Assembly (NCBI GenBank): GCA_051382335.1
Contig: JBBCAX010000354.1
Location: 1 to 15,540, forward strand
Direction: 5' to 3'
Source of the DNA: Deltaproteobacteria bacterium TL4
Lineage (GTDB): Bacteria > SAR324 > NAC60-12
DNA length: 15,540 nt
The position numbers and the translations under genes were made by a program. The notes beneath the pieces were generated by a model that made no database searches, was not told where the DNA came from, and worked only from the letters and a program-made list of their open reading frames with translations. Position 1 is the first letter of the stretch, and each line of letters starts with the position of its first letter. Positions 9,113 through 15,540 of this stretch are shown here, in pieces.

Positions 9113-9480
9113 AGGTTCCTATTCTGAAACTCAAAAATATTTTACTCACTTCCATTCAGGTTGAGCTTACGGATGAAGATGCCATTGAATTTCAAAATGA
9201 TGTTTTAAACAAGGTAATCTCTTGTGAAGCGGAGGGGGTAGTGATTGATATCAGTTCCATGGAAATTGTGGACTCTTATATGGCCAGAGTCCTGAGCGAC
9301 ACGGTCAACATGGTTCAGCTTTTGGGAACACAAACCGTGATTTGCGGGATTCAGCCTGATGTGGCCTTGACGCTTATTGAAATGGGCAGAGAATTGCTCG
9401 GAGTAAAAACAGCTTTGAATCTCGATAAGGGAATTGAAATTTTGGAAGGTATCATGAAGAAACAGGAGGTAAAGTCATGA
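9109..9480 (+). CDS. rsbS: Stressosome antagonist RsbS (STAS)
   Basis: MKVPILKL...LLTSIQVELTD..., VVIDISSMEIVDSYMA (phospho-Ser), GIQPDVALTLIEMG, TALNLDKG. ATGA overlap with rsbR. Confidence 0.95.
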   Translation: MKVPILKLKNILLTSIQVELTDEDAIEFQNDVLNKVISCEAEGVVIDISSMEIVDSYMARVLSDTVNMVQLLGTQTVICGIQPDVALTLIEMGRELLGVKTALNLDKGIEILEGIMKKQEVKS

Positions 9481-9881
9481 CCTTTCCCAGTTTGAAAATT
9501 GAGATCCATTCCTATGATTCTGTGATTGAGGCTCGCCAGTCTGGAAGAGATATCGCTAGAAAATTGGGATTTGGGTCTGCGGATCAAACCCGTCTGGCAA
9601 CAGCCATTTCCGAGTTAACCCGGAACGTGATTCATTACGCGAAAAAAGGGGTATGTTGGATTTATGATGAATCGGATGAGAAGACGCGGAAAATCAGAGT
9701 GGTTGTGGAAGATCATGGACCTGGAATCCCTGATATTGAAAAAGCCATGACTGATGGATATACAACAGGACGAGGTTTGGGCGCGGGTTTACCCGCAACC
9801 AAAAGGCTGGTCAGTCAGTTCGATATTAGTTCTCAGCCTGGTTTGACCAGACTGACAATCGCCATGATCCGACACAAGTAA
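9477..9881 (+). CDS. rsbT: Switch Ser/Thr kinase RsbT (copy 1)
   Basis: ARQSGRDIARKLGFGSADQTRLATAISELTRN, EDHGPGIPDI, DGYTTGRGLGAGLP. ATGA overlap with rsbS. Confidence 0.93.
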   Translation: MTFPSLKIEIHSYDSVIEARQSGRDIARKLGFGSADQTRLATAISELTRNVIHYAKKGVCWIYDESDEKTRKIRVVVEDHGPGIPDIEKAMTDGYTTGRGLGAGLPATKRLVSQFDISSQPGLTRLTIAMIRHK

Positions 9882-9906
9882 ACCCGAAACTATAACTTTT
9901 TACTCA

Positions 9907-10123
9907 CTCATGTTACGTGTATAGATTTTGCGGAAAGCTGTATTTTGATCGAGAGTCCGGTTCTGCGACAAAGGGCTTGGGGGATAGGGCATGGGACATG
10001 GATGAGTGTTCGAACATAAATGCTTTCCAATCCCTATTCCCCACCCCCTATTCCCTCTTGACTAGATTTCGACTGTTTTTCGCGGATTATGATGTACCGC
10101 AAAATTCAGACACGTAACATCAA
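9907..10123. mobile_element. MITE-like element, family D (217 bp) with 11-bp target-site duplication and internal heptamer repeats
   Basis: TIR core ATGTTACGTGTATAGATTTTGCGG (9910-9933) / CCGCAAAATTCAGACACGTAACAT (10097-10120), 21/24. Flanking direct repeat CTTTTTACTCA (9896-9906) / CTTTTTAATCA (10124-10134). Internal G-rich and C-rich heptamer tracts. Confidence 0.8.
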
Positions 10124-10143
10124 CTTTTTAATCAAATATTTTT

Positions 10144-10563
10144 ATGGATGAATCCGTTATCATTTCAGTCATCAAAGAACAGGATGTAGCGCAGGCTCGT
10201 CAAAAAGCGATTCAGTTATCAGAACAGATCGGAATGAAAAAACCAGAAACGTATTACATTGCGACCAGTGTTTCTGAGTTGGCAAACAATCTTTTTTTCC
10301 ATACCATTCGCGGTGGAACCCTTTATTTAAATGTGCTGAAAACGCCCGGAAAAATAGGAGTGGAGGTGATTGCCGAAGACACAGGACCGGGAATTCCCAA
10401 TCTTGAAAAAGCAATGACGGATGGCTTTTCCACAAACGGAGGTATGGGAAGCGGACTTCCTGGAGTCTCCAGGCTGATGGATGAATTCCAAATTTTTTCT
10501 GAGGTCGGCAAAGGGACAAAAGTGGTCGCAAGAAAATGGCAATCTTGCCTAATTCGTAATTGA
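10144..10563 (+). CDS. rsbT: Second RsbT-family Ser/Thr kinase (anti-sigma regulatory factor)
   Basis: DVAQARQ, IATSVSELANN, EDTGPGIPNL, DGFSTNGGMGSGLPGVSRLMDEF, GKGTKVVARKW. Confidence 0.88.
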   Translation: MDESVIISVIKEQDVAQARQKAIQLSEQIGMKKPETYYIATSVSELANNLFFHTIRGGTLYLNVLKTPGKIGVEVIAEDTGPGIPNLEKAMTDGFSTNGGMGSGLPGVSRLMDEFQIFSEVGKGTKVVARKWQSCLIRN

Positions 10564-10800
10564 TTCATCAGTGATCAGTTTTCAGTGATCAGGAATCAGT
10601 TTGATATGTGGCAAGTCAAGAGAACTCTTATGCTTGGAAAAAGGACCATCATTTTTAGCAATATCGCATAAACAGGGAGATTGCTTAAAAAACATGTCTC
10701 TTTTTCAAGCACCACAAAATTTCGTTGTTTGATAATGCGTTCCGCTCATTATACTGAAAACTGATTACTGAAAACTGATCACTCACGAGTAATTGATTCA
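10556..10800. repeat. Insertion-like segment bounded by a 12-bp direct repeat, with inverted tracts of TCAG-N3 heptamer repeats
   Basis: GTAATTGATTCA at 10556-10567 and 10789-10800. (TCAGnnn)x5 at 10568-10602 and inverted (ACTGAnn)x4 plus one degenerate unit at 10753-10787. Confidence 0.75.
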
Positions 10801-10803
10801 ATC

Positions 10804-11382
10804 ATGGAAATTTTTCATACCACACGAGCCTTATGCGGAGATTCGCACTGTGGAGATATGTGTTACATTAAAGAATACGAACAAAAAACCATTTTAACTG
10901 TGATTGATGGGTTAGGACATGGGATCTTTGCGGAAGCCGCAGCTTTTGAGGCAGTTGCCTACCTGACAAAACATGATCAGGAAACCATGAAAGATATCTT
11001 TTTTGGCTGCAGTGCGGCAATTAACTCAACAAGAGGGGTGGCCATGGGAATCGGAATCGTGAATCTGAAGGAAAATACCTTAACCTTTGGAGGAATTGGA
11101 AACGTTGAACTGATCATCGTTGGAAAAAATTCTAAACGCAGTGGCAGCGATCCCGGGATTGTCGGAGTGCGGTATCGAAAGTTGAATCCTGTGGTTCTGC
11201 CTTTTGAACCAGGAGATCTTGCGGTGCTTTATACGGATGGGATTCACAGGAACATGGACCTTTCACAATATGCGGATGTAAACCCCGTTGACTTATCCAA
11301 GCTGGCAGAACGTATTTTAAACGATTGGGGGAAGGCTCATGATGATCAGGGAATTCTTTTATGCAAGAGAGAACTTTTGTGA
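10804..11382 (+). CDS. rsbX: RsbX-like PP2C/SpoIIE-family feedback phosphatase
   Basis: Metal-binding motifs CGD, VIDGLGHG, LYTDGI, HDD; TRGVAM and GIGNVE typical of RsbX. Size 192 aa; position directly after rsbRST. Confidence 0.85.
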   Translation: MEIFHTTRALCGDSHCGDMCYIKEYEQKTILTVIDGLGHGIFAEAAAFEAVAYLTKHDQETMKDIFFGCSAAINSTRGVAMGIGIVNLKENTLTFGGIGNVELIIVGKNSKRSGSDPGIVGVRYRKLNPVVLPFEPGDLAVLYTDGIHRNMDLSQYADVNPVDLSKLAERILNDWGKAHDDQGILLCKRELL

Positions 11383-12440
11383 ATAAACCGTCAGGGGTGG
11401 AAGCCCAATATTATGAATTACTCAAATCTTATGTTTCTTCTCCAGACGAAAGCGTGAGGATGGAAGCTGCCGATTTGGGATTTAAATTGGTGAAAACCCA
11501 TATTTTGCCTGAGGAAGTCATTGAACTTCATGAGAATGCCTATTTCCAATTAGCCAAAGAATTGCCTGGCTTGAAACTCAACGAGGTTCTGCACTTGTCC
11601 GATCTTCTGATGGAATTGTTCATGGGATTCAGTTTGGCCTTTCAGGAACAATTGGTGCGTCAGCACGTTGAGAAAGAGTTGAGGGCCTATAATGAAGAAT
11701 TACAATTGAAAAACCAGGAACTGAAAGAGACTCAAGCTCAACTCATTCAAGCTGAAAAAATGAGCGCAGTGGGAACAATGGCCGCAGGAGTTGCTCATGA
11801 ATTGAATAATCCGTTGATGGGAATTCTGAATTATCTTCAGTATTGCGCAAAACATACAGAACATCACAATAGAATTCACCCTATTCTCGAAAGTGCTGAA
11901 AGAGAAACCAATCGCTGTATCAAAATTGTTCAGAATTTATTAACCTTTGCCCATGTGGGAAGTCAGAATGGGCGATGCTATCGAAAAGAAAATCTGGGAG
12001 TTTTTTTCGAGCGTATCTTCAGTTTGTTGAATTACCAGATTGAAAAACGACAGATCACGGTTTCTCAACAAATCAATGCAAAGACTCCTGAAGTCTGGGT
12101 GGATTCCAATCATATTCAGCAAGTGTTTCTGAATTTAATTTCTAATGCGGTGGATGCTTTGGAAGAGGCGGAGGAAAAACTCATTGAAGTCCACATTCAT
12201 CCCGTCGAAGGAAAGGTACGAATCTCCATTAAAGACACGGGGAAGGGGATTCCTCCCGAATTGATTTCAAAAATTTATGACCCGTTTTTCACGACGAAAC
12301 CTCCTGGAAAGGGAACAGGCTTGGGGTTGTCCATTTGCCGTACCATTGTTGAAGAACATCAAGGGGAAATCTTTTGTGAAAGTGAGCCTGGAAAAGGTTC
12401 TGTTTTTACCGTTATATTGCCTCAGCGTTCTGATTCGTGA
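11379..12440 (+). CDS. Histidine kinase with N-terminal RsbU_N (RsbT-binding) domain
   Basis: N-terminus QYYELLKSYV...ILPEEVIELH...DLLMELFMGFSLAFQE resembles the B. subtilis RsbU N-domain. Coiled coil, H-box AAGVAHELNNPL, QQVFLNLISNA, DTGKGI, PFFTTK, GTGLGL. GTG 11379 overlaps the rsbX stop (GTGA); the ORF track starts it at 11361. Confidence 0.88.
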   Translation: MNKPSGVEAQYYELLKSYVSSPDESVRMEAADLGFKLVKTHILPEEVIELHENAYFQLAKELPGLKLNEVLHLSDLLMELFMGFSLAFQEQLVRQHVEKELRAYNEELQLKNQELKETQAQLIQAEKMSAVGTMAAGVAHELNNPLMGILNYLQYCAKHTEHHNRIHPILESAERETNRCIKIVQNLLTFAHVGSQNGRCYRKENLGVFFERIFSLLNYQIEKRQITVSQQINAKTPEVWVDSNHIQQVFLNLISNAVDALEEAEEKLIEVHIHPVEGKVRISIKDTGKGIPPELISKIYDPFFTTKPPGKGTGLGLSICRTIVEEHQGEIFCESEPGKGSVFTVILPQRSDS

Positions 12441-12505
12441 ATCGGGGCTCGTAGTCGGTTTTTCCCTTGGTTTGGAATTCTTATGGATCAAAAAGAGAGT
12501 TTTAT

Positions 12506-13171
12506 ATGAATAAACAGATACTGGTTATTGATGATGAAGTTGCCATTCGACAATCGTTTGTTCTTGCACTTGAAGATATGGACTACTCGGTGGATACGGT
12601 GGATTCCGGTTTGGAAGGAATCGAGGCAGTGAAAAAACAAGCCTACGATCTCATTTTTCTGGATTTGAAAATGCCGGGGTTGACCGGGGTACAGACTCTT
12701 CGTGAATTGAGGAAGCTGGATCAGCAGGTTCCGGTTTACATTGTTACGGCGTTTCATCAGGAATTTACAGATCAACTACGGCTCTTGCAGGAAGAGGATA
12801 TTGAGTTTGATCTTTTACAAAAACCCATTGGATCGGAGCAGATTATCTGGATTACAAACAACCTTTTGGAGGAAGCACCCATTGAAGAAATCCCGTTTTT
12901 GCTCAAATTGTATGTAGCCGGCGATACGCCACGATCCAGAAGAGCCATTGACAATGTGGAAGCATTTTGCAAGGAGACCATTCCGTCTCAATATGTCCTG
13001 GATGTCATTGATGTTTTATTGAATCCTCAGGAAGCACTGAAAGAACAAATCATCGCGACACCAACCCTCGTGAAAGTAAAGCCTCTTCCAGTTGAAAAAA
13101 TCTTTGGGAATTTTTCAGAGAAACAAAAGGTTTCGCAAGGACTCCGAATCTATATCAAAAAGAAGGAATGA
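12506..13171 (+). CDS. Receiver domain fused to C-terminal KaiB domain (REC-KaiB)
   Basis: REC motifs ILVIDDE, IFLDLKMPG, IVTAF, QKP. KaiB signature LKLYVAGDTPRS..A...VIDVLLNPQ.A....IIATPTLVKVKPLPV..I.G..S...KV..GL (12893-13156). ATG 12506 with AAGAGAG RBS is preferred over the ORF-track start 12467. Confidence 0.92.
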   Translation: MNKQILVIDDEVAIRQSFVLALEDMDYSVDTVDSGLEGIEAVKKQAYDLIFLDLKMPGLTGVQTLRELRKLDQQVPVYIVTAFHQEFTDQLRLLQEEDIEFDLLQKPIGSEQIIWITNNLLEEAPIEEIPFLLKLYVAGDTPRSRRAIDNVEAFCKETIPSQYVLDVIDVLLNPQEALKEQIIATPTLVKVKPLPVEKIFGNFSEKQKVSQGLRIYIKKKE

Positions 13172-13177
13172 CTGATG

Positions 13178-13198
13178 GAGAATGAGGAATGGGGAATG
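13178..13198 (+). repeat. Three heptamer repeats (nnGAATG)
   Basis: GAGAATG-AGGAATG-GGGAATG in the short gap after the REC-KaiB gene. Confidence 0.55.
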
Positions 13199-13226
13199 AA
13201 AAAAAGGTCACTACTGTTGGGGTATT

Positions 13227-15074
13227 ATGAAAATATTAATATTAGATGATGACATTCAGATCGTTCAGATCCTTAGGAAGCATCTGAGTCGTTTTGATTA
13301 TGAATCGGCATTTATCGTTAACCCTCAGCTTTTATTTACGAGGTTGGAACATGAAACGTTTGATTTGATTTTATTGGATTATTATCTTCCGGGGACGAGT
13401 GGTTTGACCATTCTTCGGCAATTGAAAGAATCATCGCAGTATCAGGAGATTCCAGTGATCATGATCACAAGTGACAACTCCAGCAACCTTTTATCGGAAT
13501 GTTTTGAGTATGGCGCGGAGGATTTTATCGCCAAGCCCATTGATCCTGTGGTTCTTAAAGCAAGAACCAAAGCGATTTACAAAACAAGCCTCTATAAAGA
13601 AGCCTTGCGAGTCAGTCGGGCCGGTTTTCGGAATATTGTAGAAAAAAGTGTGGATGGTATTGTCATTGTAGATTTGGAAGGAGTGGTTCATTTTATTAAT
13701 CCAGCTCTGGAATCTCTTTTTGGCTGCAAGAAACAGGATTTATTAGGGAAAAAAATGGGAATGCCTATTGTTAGTGGCGAATCCATTGAAATTGATGTTA
13801 TCCACAGTACAGGGGAGATGGGGATTGGTGAGATGAGGGTCACCGAAACCGAATGGGAAGGAAAACCGGCTTATCTGGCAAGCTTGAGAGATATTACCGA
13901 ACGCAAAAAAGCAGAAGAAGAACTGAGAAAGTTGTCCAGTGCCATCGAACAAACTACGGATCAGGTGGTGATTACGAATAAAGACGAAATCATTGAATAT
14001 GTCAATCCCGCATTTGAACAGCTCACGGAATATACCAAAGAAGAAGTGATCGGCCAATCTCATAAAATTCTGTGGTCAGGAAAAGATAAGCCTCAAATCT
14101 ATGAAAACCTTTGGGAAACCATTCTGTCAGGAGAAAATGTTCATGCAGAATTCATCAATAAAAAAAAGAATGGCCATCTCTATTATGAAGAAACCACGAT
14201 TTCGTCCATTAAGGATGTGGAGGGAACCATCTCCCATTTTGTGTTTACTGGAAAGGAAATTACTGAGAAAAAAAGAGTAGCGCTAGCGCAACAGGAAAAA
14301 TTTGCGTCTCTAGGACGAATCGCAGCGGGAATTGCGCATGAAATCAATAACCCTAATACTTTCATTCGGGGACATGTTCAGACCTTACAGTTTTATTGGA
14401 AATGGTTGCAACCCGTTTTACAGGAGTCCATGCTTTCCCATGCTGATGTCAAAGTGGGACAAAAAAACTTCTCCTTTCTAGTTGAGGATACACCGTATCT
14501 TCTAGAACAGGTGGTAGAAGGGACGACCCGGATCAAATCCATTATCGATTCCATGCGTACTTTTGGAAAACAGTCTGATAATTTTGTCGAAGTGAATCTG
14601 AATGAATTGATTGGTCAAACCTGCACTATGTGTCATTACTTATTAAAAAATATAAGCTCCGTTGAAATTTCCCTTCTGGAAAACGCTCCATTTCCCCTCA
14701 TTACGGGAGATCCCTCTCAATTGATGCAAGTCATGGTGAACCTGGTCACCAATGCTGCGGATAGCATCGAGGCCAACAGTAGAGAAAAACACCAAAAACG
14801 CATCGCGATAAGTTGTTTTCCCAAAAATGAAGGATATAGTTTACAGATTGAGGATAATGGGTGCGGTATTGATGAATCCGCTCTTTTTCATCTTTTTGAA
14901 CCGTTTTATACCACCAAACCCGTCAGTAAAGGAATTGGACTTGGATTGCATATTTGTTATAACATCATTCATAATCATGAAGGAACCATTACCGCAAAAA
15001 ATCGTTTGGATGGAGGCGCTATTTTTGAGATTTGGCTGCCTAAAAAACAGGAAGCCATCCCTGTTTCGAAATAG
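13227..15074 (+). CDS. Hybrid cytoplasmic histidine kinase REC-PAS-PAS-HisKA-HATPase
   Basis: REC (LILDDD, LLDYYLP, MITS, AKP); PAS1 ending RDITERK; PAS2 YVNPAF...KEITEKK; H-box AAGIAHEINNP; QVMVNLVTNA, DNGCGI, PFYTTK, GIGLGL. No TM helix. Confidence 0.93.
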   Translation: MKILILDDDIQIVQILRKHLSRFDYESAFIVNPQLLFTRLEHETFDLILLDYYLPGTSGLTILRQLKESSQYQEIPVIMITSDNSSNLLSECFEYGAEDFIAKPIDPVVLKARTKAIYKTSLYKEALRVSRAGFRNIVEKSVDGIVIVDLEGVVHFINPALESLFGCKKQDLLGKKMGMPIVSGESIEIDVIHSTGEMGIGEMRVTETEWEGKPAYLASLRDITERKKAEEELRKLSSAIEQTTDQVVITNKDEIIEYVNPAFEQLTEYTKEEVIGQSHKILWSGKDKPQIYENLWETILSGENVHAEFINKKKNGHLYYEETTISSIKDVEGTISHFVFTGKEITEKKRVALAQQEKFASLGRIAAGIAHEINNPNTFIRGHVQTLQFYWKWLQPVLQESMLSHADVKVGQKNFSFLVEDTPYLLEQVVEGTTRIKSIIDSMRTFGKQSDNFVEVNLNELIGQTCTMCHYLLKNISSVEISLLENAPFPLITGDPSQLMQVMVNLVTNAADSIEANSREKHQKRIAISCFPKNEGYSLQIEDNGCGIDESALFHLFEPFYTTKPVSKGIGLGLHICYNIIHNHEGTITAKNRLDGGAIFEIWLPKKQEAIPVSK

Positions 15075-15179
15075 ACATTAGCCCAATACCCGTAAATGAA
15101 GTCATGTTTATTATAAATTTCAGCATGTTATGCAGTATAAGCGTAAGTTCTCAATAAGTGTGAAGGAAACTTATTCTAA

Positions 15180-15336
15180 TTGGAGTGCTAAAGCAAGCTT
15201 TGGCCTTGGAGTGCTAAAGCAAGCTTTGGCCTTGGAGTGTTAAAGCAAGCTTTGGCCTTGGAGTGTCAAAGCTTGCTTTGACCAGTACAGGGAAAGCTTT
15301 TCTTTGAATTTTGCCAAAGCAAGCTTTGGCACTCCA
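15180..15336. repeat. REP-like array: four tandem 26-bp units plus one inverted unit
   Basis: TTGGAGTGCTAAAGCAAGCTTTGGCC at 15180, 15206 (identical), 15232 (1 change) and 15258 (diverged). Inverted copy GCCAAAGCAAGCTTTGGCACTCCA at 15313-15336. No spacers. Confidence 0.92.
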
Positions 15337-15348
15337 TATAGATTCCAA

Positions 15349-15374
15349 TGAAATTATTTAAACGAACATCTATA
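15349..15374. repeat. Right terminal repeat of a family B element
   Basis: TGAAATTATTTAAACGAACATCTATA matches 7495-7520 at 23/26. No clear left TIR found. Confidence 0.75.
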
Positions 15375-15382
15375 GCCCAATA

Positions 15383-15539
15383 CTAGGTCGTCTAAATCGG
15401 CCAAAATAGCCTGCTCAAAAAATGGACCTGCAAGAATGGCTCACGAACCCTTATTTTCTACGGGTTTCCTCCAATTTTTCAGAGGGCCAAAAAGTGGGCA
15501 AAAAAATCACATCAAAAAGGCATGTTTTGGACGACCTAG
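15383..15539. mobile_element. MITE-like element, family E (~157 bp including CTAG ends)
   Basis: CTAGGTCGTCTAAA (15383-15396) / TTTGGACGACCTAG (15526-15539), 13/14 inverted match. Non-coding interior; lies at the window edge. Confidence 0.6.
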
Positions 15540-15540
15540 A

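Noticed and set aside
9917..10117. 66-aa ORF between the rsbT genes
   Set aside because: Lies wholly inside the family D MITE, starts in its TIR, and has no recognisable motif.
10144..11382. rsbT2 and rsbX as a split HATPase-SpoIIE fusion (pseudogene)
   Set aside because: Removing the insert still leaves the TGA and a 7-nt out-of-frame gap. Both ORFs are full-length for stand-alone RsbT and RsbX.
12506..13171. A complete circadian clock locus
   Set aside because: No kaiC or kaiA in the window; a KaiB domain alone does not imply oscillation.
65..15081. Numerous antisense and alternate-frame ORFs (e.g. 1284-2003, 2294-3019, 3121-3741)
   Set aside because: Shadows of well-supported + strand genes, with no motifs.
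15180..15283. Possible CRISPR array (26-bp palindromic repeats)
   Set aside because: Units are directly adjacent with no spacers, there are no cas genes, and the same unit occurs as inverted doublets, which is REP-like.

Overview
A co-oriented (+ strand) bacterial signal-transduction cluster of 14 genes with two parts. Part A (99-7974) is a partial chemosensory locus: a soluble MCP with two signalling hairpins, a triple-CheW protein with a helical insert in domain 2, CheB and CheV, then a sensor-less histidine kinase and a single-domain response regulator. No cheA, cheR or clear cheY is in the window. Part B (8207-15074) is a stressosome locus: rsbR-rsbS-rsbT-rsbT2-rsbX. Its output is not RsbU/SigB but an RsbU-N-domain histidine kinase, followed by a receiver-KaiB fusion protein and a REC-PAS-PAS histidine kinase. 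The most notable candidate system is this apparent stressosome -> histidine kinase -> REC-KaiB relay, with no kaiC in the window. Nearly every large intergenic gap holds a small non-coding element: MITE-like units with terminal inverted repeats and target-site duplications, REP/REPIN-like palindromes of two families, a 26-bp tandem REP array and heptamer repeats. All family assignments come from motif recognition by eye and remembered reference sequences; no searches were run.
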